64,000 bases of DNA, taken from contig CM052817.1 of assembly GCA_028534125.1 (NCBI GenBank), forward strand, positions 26,786,001-26,850,000. Reading direction: 5' to 3'. The notes beneath the pieces were generated by a model. That model made no database searches and was not told the origin of the DNA. It was given only the letters and a program-made list of their open reading frames with translations. A program made the translations under genes and the position numbers. The DNA is from Lama glama. Taxonomy: Eukaryota. This document shows, in pieces, positions 51,071 through 64,000 of the stretch. The first letter of the stretch is position 1; each line of letters begins with the position of its first letter.

Positions 51071-51270
51071 AGATTAGTGGTTGCTTACAGCTGGGAAAGA
51101 AAGCTAAAAAGTATAGGATTTTTGGAGGAAGGTGATGAAATGATTCTAAAATTGATTATAGTTAATGTTGCACAACTCTATGACTACACTAAAAGCTATG
51201 AATTGTGTATTTTAAATGAGTGAACTGTATGGTAGGTGAATTACATATCAATAAAACTGTTACAAAAAAT
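51071..51270 (+). mobile_element. Old L1 (L1MB-like) 3' end
   Basis: AGATTAGTGGTTGC...GGTGATGAAATGATTCTAAAATTGATT...GTGAATTACATATCAATAAAACTGTT. Confidence 0.85.
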
Positions 51271-51594
51271 AACATGACTCAAATGACCCATTATCTAAAT
51301 ATGAGACAGATTTTTAGATTCCTATGAAAAAAATCCAAGGTGCATTCATTCACTCATAGGGATACAACAGGAAATAGGAGGAGGACCAAGTTTATGGGTA
51401 AAACAATTTTGGACATGCTGGGTTTGAAAAGCCAGTGGGGTATAACCCAGTAAAAGAAGACCAGCATGCAATCAGAGCTATAAATCAGCACAAAAGGGCA
51501 GAGGTTTGTATTGGGGTTTACAAATCTGGAGATCATTTGTATATGCTTATAGTAGTTAAAATTATATGTGTAGAAAATGTGTAAGGCAGAGGGG

Positions 51595-52465
51595 TTTTTT
51601 TGGTAATTGTGATAAAATACACATAACATAAAATTTACCATCTTAACCATTTAAAAATACATAGTTTGGTAATGTTCAGTATATTCACATTGTTGTGCAA
51701 TCAATCACCAAAACTTTTTCATCTTGCAACACTGAATCTCTATTCCCTTTAAACAACTACTTCTCATTTCCCCTTCTCCCTAGTTCCCTGAAACCACCAT
51801 TCTATTTCCTGTTTCTATTAATTTGATACTCATATAAATATTTGTCTTTTTGTGATTGGCTTATTTAACTTAGCATAATATCTTCAAGGTTCATCCATGT
51901 TGTAGCATGTGTCAGAATTTCCTTTTTAAGGCTGAATAATATTCTATTATATGTATTTACCACATTTTGTTTATCCATTCATTTGTTGAGAGACTCTTGA
52001 GTTGCTTCCACCTCCTGGCTACAGTGAATAATGCTGCTATAAACATGGATGCATTAATAATTTCTTTGAGATCCTACTTTTAATTCTTTTGGTATATGCC
52101 AAGAAGTGGAATTGCTGGATCATATAAAGCTATTTTTAAATTTTTGAGAAGCTGGCATACTGCTTTCCACAGCAGCTACATCAAGTTAAGAGTCCCACCA
52201 CAGCGCAAAATCGTTTCAGATTTTCCACATCCTTACCAAAACATGTTCTTTTCTTTCTTTTTTTAAAATAGTACCCATTCTAACGGGTGTGAGGTGATAT
52301 TTCATTGTGGTTTTAATTCGCATTTTCCTGATAATTAGTGAAGCTGAGTATTTTTTTTAATATGCTTTTGGCCATTTCTGTATCTTCTTTGGAGAAACAC
52401 CTATTCAAGTGTTTAGCCCGTTTTTAATGCAGTGATTTGTTTTGTTGTTGTTATTGAGGAATTCT
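51595..52465 (-). mobile_element. L1 (L1MB-like) 3'UTR and ORF2 end
   Basis: AAAATTTACCATCTTAACCAT...GGTTCATCCATGTTGTAGCATG...GAAGTGGAATTGCTGGATCATAT...GGTGTGAGGTGATATTTCATTGTGGTTT. Confidence 0.92.
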
Positions 52466-53678
52466 TAATTGAGGACACATGGACCACACGTAGTGTGAAT
52501 GAGTAGGATTAAGCAGACCCTGATACTGTATGTGTATATGCTTTCTTTTTCTTCAGAGATTCTCTAGCTCTTATCAGATATGATTTCCACAGAGAAAATA
52601 GCCTTTTCCCCTCTAAATGTGTAAATAATGCATCTAGGGAAAAAAATCAAAGGATAAAAGTATGTTTCCAAGTCCATTGTTTGTTTATTGCTTTGTTTAT
52701 ATCTTTTGTCATACAAGGAGAGCCATTTTTATATAGTGAAGTATATATGTCTTTTCTTTTAGAGTTTCAGAATTTTTCAGTCATGGTCAGAGATATTACC
52801 TCACCCTTTAGATTGAATATATAATAACCTAGATTTCTTTGTGTGATATCTCCATTGAGTTATATTTTTACCTTTAAGTTTTTAATCTTCCAGGAATGTA
52901 TTTTATATTAGTGTATAGTGGAGGTTCTTCTTCATTTTCTCCAAGATAGGTGACAGTTATTTTCATTTCTTTGCTTGTCAAAACATATAAGGCAATGTAA
53001 ATAATACTGGAGATGGAAGCCATCCTAATTTTTGATTGAAATGTTTTTTGCGATTTGCCATTGCATATTTGCTTGCTGAGTTTTGCCATTGCATATTTGC
53101 TTGCCATTACTAATCATAGTTAAATGGTTTCCTTCTATTGTTATTTTTCTAAGAGATTTTATCCGGAATGGCTGCTGAATTCCATCGACTACGTTCTTGG
53201 CATTTATTGATATGCTTATATTTTTCTTCTTTATTGATGTAATAGATTTTTGAGAATGAACCATTTTTATGTTCTGGAATAAATCCTGTTTAGCCATAGT
53301 ATATTATTCTTTTGCTACACAGTTAGATTTGTTCTAATGTTTTATTTTGAATTTTTGCATCTACATTCATAAATGAGATTGGTCTGTACTTATGTTATTA
53401 TACTATATTTTTCAGTTTTGGGTATTAAAGTTTGACATTTTATACAATGAATTAGGAGAGTTTCATCTGGAATGGTAAACAATTTGGTAATTATCTCTTT
53501 TTTTTAAAGTTAGATATAGCAGGGAAGCCATATGGCTTCGGTGGCCTTTTCTGATAGAAGACTTCAAGTTATCTTTTCAATCTCTTCTATAATAATTGGT
53601 CTGTTCACATTTTCTACTTCTTTGGGGGTTAATCTTACTTGTTTGTTTTTTTTACCAGAAAATTATTAATTTCTTCTA

Positions 53679-54621
53679 CTTTTTAATTTTTTTTATTGAA
53701 GTATAGTCAGTTTACAATGTTGTGTCAATTTCTGGTGTACAGCATAATGCTTCAGTCATACATGAACATGAATATATTTGTTTTCACATTCTTTTTTACC
53801 ATAAGTTACTATAAGATATTGAATATAGTTCCCTGTGCTATACAGTATGAACTTGTTGTTTATCTATTTTGTATATATTAGCTAGTATCTGCAGATGTCA
53901 AACTCCCAGATTATACCTTCCTACCCACTTCCCCCTCTGGTGACCAGATTTGTTTTCTATGTCTGTGAGTCTATTTCTATTTGTAAATAAGTACATTTCT
54001 CCTTTTTTTATATTCCAAATATAAGTGATATTATACAGTATTTTTCTTTCTCTTTCTGGCTTGCTTCACTTAGAATAACAGTCTCCAGGTCCATCCATGT
54101 TGCTGCAAATGGCATTATTTTATTATTTTTTACAGCTGAGTTGTATTCCATTGTATAAATATATCACAACTTCTTTATCTAGTCATCTGTTGATGGACAT
54201 TTAGGTTGTTTCCATGTCTTGGCTATTGTAAATAATGCTGCTGTGAACAATGGGGTGCATGTATCTTTTTTAAACCATTTTTTATTTATTTATGTATTTA
54301 TTTTATAATATATTTTTAAATTAAAGTGTAGTTAATGTACAGAATTATATGTTACAGGTATACAATATAGTGATTCACAAATGTTTAAAGGTTATACTCC
54401 ATTTATAGTTATTATAAAATATTGGGTATATTCCTCATGTACAATACACCCTTGTAGTTTATTTTATACCTGATAGTTTGTACCTTTTAATCCTCCCACC
54501 TCCGTCTTGCCCCTCCTCCTTCCCCCTCCCCACTGGTAACTACTAGTTCCTTCTCTACATTTGTGAGTCTGGTTTTTTTTTTCTGTTATATTCACTAGTT
54601 TGTTGTGGGGTGCATGTATCT
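53679..54621 (-). mobile_element. Younger L1 3' fragment (family A)
   Basis: TTTTTATTGAAGTATAGTCAGTTTACAATG...GAATATAGTTCCCTGTGCTATACAG...GGACATTTAGGTTGTTTCCATGTCTTGGC; TSD TTAATTTCTTCTA at 53666-53678 and 54622-54634. Confidence 0.92.
54269..54605 (-). mobile_element. L1 3' fragment (family B) nested in the family A L1
   Basis: GTGATTCACAAATGTTTAAAGGTTATACTCC...CCCCACTGGTAACTACTAG...TATATTCACTAGTTTGTTG; perfect 18-bp TSD TGGGGTGCATGTATCTTT at 54251-54268 and 54606-54623. Confidence 0.92.
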
Positions 54622-56331
54622 TTAATTTCTTCTAAAATTTCAAACTGCGGCCATAAAATTGCATGAAGTAATCTCTGTAACTATTCCTTTAATCTCTCCT
54701 GTATCTGGGTGTGTGACTTCTTCCTCTTTCTTCATTTTGCCTCTTTCTGCCCCTTGCAGTGTGTGAGGAGGGAAGAGGTGGGGGCGGTTATTTCATTAAT
54801 TGTTTCAAAGAACCAGATTTATTTGTCCTCGCTATCATTTTTGTTTCTTATTTAATTGGTTTTGGCTTTTAGCCTTAATACCTTTTCCTTCTTTCTCTGG
54901 CTATTTTGTTTCCCCTTTTCTCATTGCTGATTTCTTAAAATAGATTCTTTGTTCTTTTAATGTTTAGTTTTATTTTCTACTGATGATTAAGTCCATGATA
55001 AATGTTCACTATATTTATCTTATAAATAAATACAAAATTTTGCAATTTCTTTACCTAATTTTCTGTGCTTACATAATGTTCTTCATCTTGTTTGGTGCTT
55101 TCAATCTTAATTTCATCTGTCTGATATTCATGTTACTAGCCTGCTTTCTTTTTCTTTACATATGCTTTCTTTGATACTTTGTTAGGCATATTCCTTGTAG
55201 CTACCATAAGGCTGAATTTTGTTTTTTCACCAAATCTGGCAGTTTTGGCTTTTTAATGGGTACATTCAGCTCATCACATCTAATGTTTTACCTTACGTAA
55301 TATTGATCAGTTTAATTTAGATTTTGGTTTTCTCTTTTCCTTTTTCTCTATGTTTGCTCATTTCAACAAGTTAATATGCTTTCTATTATACCCTTATTCC
55401 CCCATTCTATGCCTCTTCCTGTCCTCTATAGCAGAATATATGTCCTTAGTATTATTTGTAAATAAGTTACCCCCTGAGATGCCGTATAACTTCCACTGTA
55501 ATGTTCTAATCCAGCCCTACTGTTTCCCGCACCCCCACCCTGACTCTCCTCTATCCCACAGCTAAGACCTTTAGGACATTTTCACTTTCCTTTTCCATTA
55601 TTCTCCACATCCCCATGGATCATCTGGGACCCCTCCTCCATAGACCTCAACAGCCAGAAGACCTATAGCCTCCTGGTTTCATTTTTAAAAATCTTCTATT
55701 TAAATCAACTAATAAGTCCATCCTTACCTATTTCATAAAAATGATGGAAAGCTAAAATGAGAAACCTTCTGCAAAAGCACTTTGTGAGCTGTGAAATGGT
55801 GTCCACATACTAGAGAGGGAGGATGTGTAAGGAGGACTTGGCTGGTCTTGATCACAATGGACAGTGGTGGACAAGGTGGGATTATAGTCTCTGTGCTTCT
55901 GTGCCAGGAAGAAAAAGTGCTCCAGCTCTATTATTAGGCACAAAATCACAGCTACTGAGATTGACTTCTCTCAGCTAAGGCATTTTATTATAGGGTATAT
56001 GCATTTAATGGACACATTCTGTAGGATGATATCCTAAACTATCAGAAACTATTAGCATCTTAGAAAGCTAAATATCTCACATGAAAGGGACTCTGAACAG
56101 TAAAGTTCTGATAGGGTGGGACAGTTCTGAAGCATGGAAAACTGCCTGGAAATAGCTCCATGAAAGGTGTCTGAGAGAGGCAGTTCCAGACAGAAGACTG
56201 AGGCATCAGGCAGCAACTAAAAGAAGGGCAAGTAAAAGGAGATTTCACTTTTTCATAGCGTTGCCTCCTGCCTGTGCTGGTTAAAAAGTTTGTGGTATTA
56301 TGTGGACTCAAGTCAGGACATAACACTCTAT

Positions 56332-56644
56332 CAGCACTGTCATGCAGAAATATAATAAGCTGCATGTATAATATCAAAATGTTCTAGTGGCCACATTTTA
56401 AAAAAATAAAAATATGAAATTAACTTTAATAATGTTTAATCTAATATATCTACAATGTTGCTTTATTTCAATATGCTATCAATATGAAATTATTAATGAG
56501 ATATCTTCCTCTCTTGTTTTCTTGCTAAGTCTTTGAAATCTAGTATGTATTTTTTTATTTACAGTATATCTCAGTTTGGACTAGCCACAGTTCAAGTGCT
56601 CAATAGCCACATGTGGCAAGTGGCTGCCTGATTGGACAGCACTG
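56332..56644. mobile_element. hAT-Charlie MITE (MER33-like)
   Basis: CAGCACTGTC... and ...GGACTAGCCACAGTTCAAGTGCTCAATAGCCACATGTGGCAAGTGGCT...TTGGACAGCACTG. Confidence 0.88.
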
Positions 56645-59600
56645 CTCTTCAGTGAGGACAGTAAATACAGCACAGTCCTGGACTCTCCCACACCTCACCC
56701 CTGGTATGGTCTCCTGATTCTTATTGCCAGAGCTTGACAGGTGGGCCTTCTATTAGAGTTGGCACCTCAACAGAAAATAAACCTCAGTAGGAGGTTAGTT
56801 TCACGAGTGTAGGACTTTGGTCTGTTTATTCACTGCTATATCCCAACACCTAGAGCAGTGCCTGGCAAGTAATGGGCATTCAACAGATACTTATTTAATA
56901 CATTATATTTATTTGCCATCCTAGTTACAGAGCTGGTGAACACAGCTCATTTCCCATAATTGTTATTATCTGAGAATAATTTTAAATGAAGCTTGAACAC
57001 TATAAAGAGAACATTTTCAAAACTTGCAAATGAAAAGAAAATTTTAAGTCAGTTCTAAAATTGAAAAGAGCCAACCCCTCTCTTGTTTCACTCATAGTGC
57101 TACTAGCAAAAACAAATTTAAATCTTTACAGAATTTCTAGTAGGCATTACACTATGACAGAAAGAAAAAAGAAATCAGCCATTGACTGCATTTATCACAA
57201 TGCCTATAATGACATTGTTTGCTGAATACGTTCCTATAGTACTATATAACAAAATCTAAACACTTTGCAAAGTTCTCTATAATTTCAGTCTATTTCTTAA
57301 CAAAGTCTCTGAAGAAGCACAAGATCAAATGAACAGATGCATTCAGAGCAATTGGTCACATTTCAGAATGAAGTCATTGCATTTTAGAGTTAAAAAAAAA
57401 AAGCCCTAATGGATCTTAATACTTATGATCATTATCATGGTTATTATCATAGCTGTTCTTTATTGAGTCATTATATTCTAAGAATGATGCTAAGGCTTTC
57501 ATGTACATGATCTCATTAAAGACTTAAAATAATGCTAATAATCACTTGCTTAAAGTCATCTAGCTAATACATGAAATAGCCAGGATTAAAATCCTGCTCT
57601 GCCTGCCTCTCATGTCTGGAATCTTGTCCACTCAGTTTGTCCACCCTCCCCTTTTTTGTAGTGAGAATACTTAAGTCCCCCCACATTATGTGATACGACA
57701 TGATTATATAGCTCTTAAATGGCACAGTCAGAACTCAAATCTACTTCTACTCTCAGGACCAGATTCTCTTCTTCACATAGTTCAGTCTGTTCATAAGCAA
57801 AGCATAGGATCGTAATTTATTCAAAATGTATCTTTAAAATAATTGAAATCACAATTTGACTTTCACATAGAGGAAACCAGTTGATTACTGATTTTTAGTC
57901 TATATACCATTAAAAGCAAAATATTATTTTGTGCAGCCAGGATGGGGGTTGGGGAAGCAGTATCAAGGTACAAAGTAGGGTACATAATCATTGATCCTGG
58001 TCCCAAACTATGAGAATGAAGTGAACCATTATTGGTGAAAGTAGTCAGAGACTAAATGTTACTAGCAGAGGGACTTCACAGAGGACCACAGAAAGTTGGT
58101 TGGAGCTAAGTGGCATCAAGTGTGATTTAAAGGGGAGAGAGCTGTTCTGGGTTGCTTGTGGAGTGGAAACAGTCTCTCCAGATCCCTCCTGAGGGCTCTT
58201 CCCGCACCTTCTCCCCACATCCTTGAATCTCTGGCACCTGGATGGCTGGGACCAGAGGCCAGGGGAGTGTCCCAGCCTTGGGTGTTTTCAGGGCTAACCT
58301 GAAAGGCTGGCTCTGGAAGGCAGCAGGTGCCTTGTCAATCTCCATGAGCCCCAGGAGAACTTAGAACAATGGCCTTCTCAGTCCTGGCAGCCGAGGAGGC
58401 TCTCCTCAAGGCCACCTCCCTTCCATTTAAGTCTCTTTTTATTGAAGCCAGTTGAATGCTGTCTTATCCGCATTAAGGGGGCTTGGACTGCTCCTGGCTA
58501 CAGTTAGATTTTTATGCCACCTGGGCATATAAGCTCACTTCATTTCCAGTGTTCCACTATTCCTGCAGATTTTTTACCTTGAAGTTCACAACTGGTTTTT
58601 GGTCAGCAACTATGAGACGAAAGGAAAACTACACTGCTACACAACAGTAAAATACTAGCTGATCTATGCAGAAAGTCCAGTGTAAGAGACGCCATGACTG
58701 ATAATCAGCTATGAGAAGTATGCTCACAAATGCCTTGGCTCAAACACCTGAAATTGCTCCTATAACTCCCCTTGCTGGCCAGTGTGAAGAGCGACACAAG
58801 AAAGAAAACCATCTGCACACTTCCTGCTCTCCTGGATACTTCTTCCTCTTACTACATATTCAGATACCCCAAAGTTAGCAAAGACAAATGATTAAGGAAA
58901 AAAAAAAGTAAGAAAAAAATTCTCTGTGAAGGAACTAAAATCAATAGCTTTGTTTGCTATGTTTTTGAGGGGTCAGCTATTCAAGTAGGAAATGCAGGGA
59001 TGTAATTAATCACTTTGATGGAGAAGGAAGTGCCCTCCTCAGTATGAAAACTGTGTGCCATTCACTCTCACTTATCTCATAAGAAAGAACGTTAAGTTAT
59101 GGGCAAGATTTACACCTGTAGCCCCAGGGAATCTAGCTATTTCAAAGCCATGACATCCAGCTAATCTCAGGGCAGTGTGTGAAAATGAATTACATTTATT
59201 GAATCTGGCACTAATCATGATGAACTGAAACACAAGAGTACCATCAATTCCGTTATCTCACTGAAATAACATTTTTAATTCAGAAGGAAAATTCCTGTAA
59301 CACATATATATACATAAATATTGAGAAATTAGACATTGGCACTACATTCAGTTTACTTAATCTCAGGGAAAGGTGACATGGGGAATGTAGTCTACCACGT
59401 ACACACATTTCTGACAGTTATACTCTTTAGAATGTTTAGGCAGCTATAAGCAAGGATCAGCTATAAAAATTCATTGTCATTTGAAATTAAAGTAATAGTT
59501 CCTTTCAAAATAAATAAATAAAGTAATAGTTCCTGTGCCCCTGAGTCTTGCCTTGTAAGAGCAGATTTGTTCTTTCTTGTAGTACTGCTAGTTAATTGTC

Positions 59601-60159
59601 CCATCATTAAGTCAGCTTCTGATCATACCCCATAAACAAATTAAATGGCTCTAAGAAAATAAGCTTACTTGAAGGCCATTTTGAGATTTTTACATCAGCT
59701 CTCTGAAGTTCCCCCATGTTACTTAATATTTGTATGTTCTGATAATATGCAAAATAGTATCCTCATGAAAATTATAGGCACTATTGTTGATCTAGAGTGA
59801 TTGTGTGTACTATAGGATATCAGTGATTATTCACTGGTAATGTGCATCAAAATGATGAACAAAGATTTTCAAATATCAGATCATTCCCACTAAAATGTTA
59901 AAAATATGCTGAACCCTGCTTCAGTGCATTTATCCTGTGTGGTTAATAACGCTGCTAAGCTCTTGGGCATTGCAATCTTTATAGTACGATGCCTCAGATA
60001 AGAACAATAATGTAGTATTTGATGGTCAGATGAAGCTAGAAGCATCATGTAAGTTGAGGGTCTTGGATCTGGATGCCACATTCTAAAAGTGGCATTGCCA
60101 AATGGGAGGGCCAAATTGCAAAGATGAGACCAGAATAGCAAGAGGACTCAAAGCATGTG

Positions 60160-62390
60160 ACACCAGGAAAACAGTGCCCCTCCATCTACTCCTTACTTAT
60201 CACTTGCTATTTTCACCTCTCTTCCTTTACGGTTTGGGGTCCATGGCCCATTACTGCAGCTACTTCCTGTGAACAGCTTTGTTATTCTTTCTCCATTTAG
60301 TTCTTCCATCACAACTGCCAGGCAAAAGACTGACTCTGGATCAAACCACCTATTCCCTTCTCTGCAGAGATCCCCAGGCTGCAGAGCTTGCAGGAGAAAT
60401 CATACAACTGCATGGACTGATTCCACTAGAGACTAATGGTCTCTAACCTCAGTTGGCCCCTCAATACAGCCTGGTAGTCATTCTGTATTTTCCTAAGTGG
60501 CTCTCACTGTCTGCCACTCTTCGCAGGATTCAGGCTCTCTTTCAGTTTCCTCAAACCTCTGACCCGAGCATGCAGTCTGCTTTCTTACACATCAGAGAAG
60601 ACAGTGCTATTCAGATAGGAGTTCTTTCAATTTCCTACCCTCCAAAGGTGTGCTGGCAAATGACTAGTAACTGACAATCTGGTGAGCGGGATGTGGGGGA
60701 GTTCTAATTTCTAGTGTTTGTCAGTTTCCATGGTGTAAATATTCCCACTGTGGCTGATTCAAGCTATTAACATAATCTAACCAGATCTCAAAATTTCTGA
60801 AAATTTAACAACTGGCTCCTGTGAGCTAGTAGGGGCTGGCTCTAGCACAAGCTGTGTGAAGCCCAGAAACTTAAATGCATCCAAAAACATCCTCTCCTTC
60901 CCTCTCTGTTACAAGGGAGGAGAAGTCTCTCTTATTCTCCTCCTATCTGAAGTAAATGCCTCCTTCCTTGTGTAATAGCTCTTTCTATCATTAAAACCCT
61001 TCTGTCTTAGATCTTCAACTTCCCCCTCTTTATTGGCTAACTCCTTCTATCATTTAAACCTAGCTAACTCCCTCGTGCCCTTTTTGTTTGTTTGAAGAAA
61101 ACTTCATTTGATTCTACATTTCTCTCCAGCTCTGTCACAGACCCATTCTTCAAAGGATTGTTTCCACCGCCTTATCTTCAGATAGCTCACTTAATAAAAT
61201 CAGGTTTTCCACTGAAATCCCAAAGTTAACCAACAACTTTCTTGTTACTAAATTCAACAGAGAATTCTCAGGCCTTCTCCTACTGACTTCTCTTTAGCAT
61301 TTGACACATCTGACCACGTCTTCCTTTCTTTGCCTTATGTGACACTATGACCCTCTGATTCTCTTCCTTCCTCTTGGCTTCTGGCTCCTTTGCAGGCTCC
61401 TCCCCTCAGTTCTTTTCTGACTTGTTGGTGTTCCTCATGATTCTACCCTGAGACCCCTTCTCTTCTCATTCTGCTGTCCCAGGATCTCATCTCTTTCCAT
61501 GGCTTCCACTACCATCTCTAGACTCACTGGTCCGTGGCTCCAGGCCAGTCTTCTGAGCCACTGCCCATGATTATCCACCGGGCACATTCATGTGGATATC
61601 TTCAGAGGCACCTCAAGCCTAACATTTCTAAAACTAAAATCTCCCCAAATCTCTTCCCCCTCTGTGCTCTCAGCTCAGGGAATGGCCCCAGGTTGCCAAA
61701 TGGAATCGTCCTTGCCTCCTAACATCTCATTCCAATTAATCACAAAGTCCTGCTGATTCAACTGCCAAAATTTCTCTTCCTTCTGTTTACTTCTCAGCAT
61801 CCTCAGTGCCACCACCCTGGTCCAGTCACACTATCTCTCACCAAGATTATCCCTCCTAACTAGTCTCCCTGTTTCCAGGCTTGCTCGCCCACATTCATCC
61901 TCCATTCTGCAGTGATCTCTCAAAAACTCAAATCAGATCATGTCACTTGCCTCCTTAAAACATTTTGATGGGTCTCCATTGTTTTGGGGATAGAGTTCAA
62001 ACTCCCTGATGTGACCTATGAGCCCCTGTGTAGCCTGCCTCCCATCTGGGGTCTCTCCCTGCTTCCCATCCTGTTCCTGCTGATCTGATTTTTTTCAGAT
62101 CCCTAAACATGCCATGTGCAGTTTCATCGCTGGGCTTCTAAATATACTGTCTATTTTGCCAGGAACACCATGATTTACTTTCTGCTGCCTCTCATCCATC
62201 TTCCACTGACTAACTCCTAGTTAAGCTTAGAAGTTACTTCCTGCATAAATGCTACTGACCTGGCTCCCTTCACTTCTTCCTCTATTGAATTTAACATATT
62301 GTCCTGCAATGACTGTTTTGCTTGTCTGTCTCCCTCATAGATACTAATCTCCAAGGGCAGGAACCATGTCTATTCTCTTCACCACCCCAT
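60160..62390 (+). mobile_element. Long degenerate L2 LINE, split by a MER63-like element
   Basis: Pyrimidine-rich L2 ORF2/3' motifs: GCATTTGACACATCTGACCAC, GGCACCTCAAGCCTAACAT, AATCAGATCATGTCACT, CCAAGGGCAGGAACCATGTC. Confidence 0.78.
60643..60854. mobile_element. hAT-Blackjack MITE (MER63A-like)
   Basis: GGTGTGCTGGCAAATG...TTTCCATGGTGTAAATATTCCCACTGTGGCTGATT...GCTGGCTCTAGCACAAGCTG; opposite orientation to 28154-28541. Confidence 0.75.
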
Positions 62391-63169
62391 TGATTTTAAT
62401 CATGATACCACATATCCATTAAGTCACTCCCCATCCACTCCCTACCCCCAGACCCTGACAAACACTAGTCTACTTTCTGTCTCTTTGGAATTCATCTCCC
62501 TCAGCAAGCTCACAGTGAGAAATGTTGAGCCTGGACCTACTACTAACTTTTAAAATAAAAGTACTAAGTTACTGACTCACAGCAAAAACACTCTTGTGTC
62601 TTATTTTTCCTAATTCTGAAAGGATGCCTACTCAGTCAAGGACGCAGGCTATACGATGACCTGCAGTTTTTAATAAAGCATGCATTGCTCAGTTTCTGAT
62701 CTACTTTTTTTGGGGGGGGTAAATTTATAGAATTTCCAATTTCACAAGTGTTGGTGTCTGTTGCCAGAAGAAAAACCTCTTATTATGCTTCAAAGAAACC
62801 CCTGTTCTGCCATGGCTGGCTCCTCAGGTCCCTGCCTTCTGCCTGGGATTCTCTCTGTTCCTTAAACAGGAGTTTCTTCCACTCTGATCTCAAGGAACTT
62901 GGGTCCCTGCAAGTTAGCCTTTTAAAAACTTGTTGTACATAGAATGTTTTATTGTTCCCACTCAAGCCTACCTTTTAATTAAGACTTTTTGTAGACTTTA
63001 GTTTTTATTTTCAGAAATATGTAATGAAAAGTAATACTAAAAATATAACAGACATTATTGTAGGGGAAAAATACATCCACCATTTCCAAAAACTCCATGG
63101 CTGCTTTGTGAATTGTAATTGGAGAAAAAGGCAGGTTAATTAACCTCTCCCCCTCAATATCATAGTTAA

Positions 63170-63370
63170 TACTAATTGAAGACTATGAAGTATCAGATAC
63201 AATGCCAAGACCATTATTTACATTACCCTTGAACTCTGGGCAACTGAACAAGGTAGGAAATATTGTTACCTACCTTTTACACATGAGAAAGCTGAAGCTG
63301 AGAGATTAAGTGACTTGCCCAAGTTTACATAGCTAGTAACTAAAAGTGAGGACCTTGTCGATTTCTGACA
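63170..63370 (-). mobile_element. MIR SINE
   Basis: TTTTACACATGAGAAAGCTGAAGCTGAGAGATTAAGTGACTTGCCCAAG. Confidence 0.8.
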
Positions 63371-64000
63371 ACAGAATCCAGAATTCATTATGTTCTTTCT
63401 GGGGGAAAAAAAAATTAATGGTAGAGTTAAATGGTAGCTTAATCTCATGTTATCTACCCTGAAAATAGCATTAAATTCTGCTTTAAATGTTTATTGCATC
63501 CAATATGAAAATCTCTTTGACAACAGAAAAATTAAAATATATACGTATGTGAATACATGGGTCACTTGAGAAACACTTGTGTTTCCTAACCACAGATTTC
63601 ATTGCTTCTTCATTCTGATTATTAGTATGATATCACAGGTAGGACTGAACTGGAGAAGTTCAACAATGAAAAAGACTGTCTGATAAGATTATTAAAATCT
63701 CTCTTATTTCCTTCCCATAATGCTAGATGCACACAGTTAAATTGTGTCTTATTTTCATTTTTGTAATAATTTCAATTATTGATGTCTGGCACATAGTGAG
63801 TTCACTGAATATCTATTGAATGGATTGATGTGTTTGCCCCTTTTCAGAATTCTACAGCACTTATTTCCTGAAGTTAGGACCTGCAAAAAGAGAAGTCTGA
63901 GGAACTAAGGAACATTCAGCATTGCAATTCTAGGAATCTTTACATAGCATTCAGCCCTAAAATATATACACTTGCTCCCTAATTGCTTCAGCTACTTTAG

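Larger units (their letters stand above)
52640..55350 (-). mobile_element. Degenerate ancient L1 ORF2 region (host of nested younger L1s)
   Basis: ORF 53025-53297 reads ISINAKNVVDGIQQPFRIKSL, matching the L1 RT motif ISIDAEKAFDKIQHPFMIKTL; T-rich plus strand. Confidence 0.75.

Noticed and set aside
50526..51077. 183-aa ORF
   Set aside because: Artefact of translating the N gap
1..64000. CRISPR array, operon or other prokaryote-like novel system; a specific gene name for the promoter
   Set aside because: The sequence is mammalian and repeat-rich with no regular repeat-spacer array or gene cluster; no coding exon is present to identify the gene, so no symbol is given

Overview
Mammalian non-coding genomic DNA, almost certainly from a camelid (alpaca, llama or camel). 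The evidence is six copies of a tRNA-Ala(AGC)-derived Vic-1-type SINE and cetartiodactyl-type L1 3' ends, with no Alu, Bov-A/tA, PRE-1 or CAN SINEs seen. I find no credible protein-coding exon; the ORF track is noise or repeat-derived. The only gene-like signal is a CpG-rich promoter-like region at about 9.55-10.72 kb. It has strong minus-strand splice sites that suggest non-coding 5' exons of an unidentified gene running off the left edge. It sits in a ~6 kb repeat-depleted zone with a cluster of TEAD (M-CAT) motifs. The remaining ~53 kb looks like upstream intergenic DNA dense in old repeats (MIR, L2, L3, MLT/ERVL LTRs, hAT and Tigger MITEs) and younger L1 fragments, with a 500-N scaffold gap. 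I see no evidence of a new biological system. The most interesting items are regulatory (TEAD cluster, uORF-rich leader) and genome-evolution scars (69-bp templated insertion, SINE-L1-SINE chimera, triple-nested L1s, poly(A)-only insertions). Repeat families were assigned by eye from remembered consensus motifs, so subfamily names and boundaries without TSDs are approximate.
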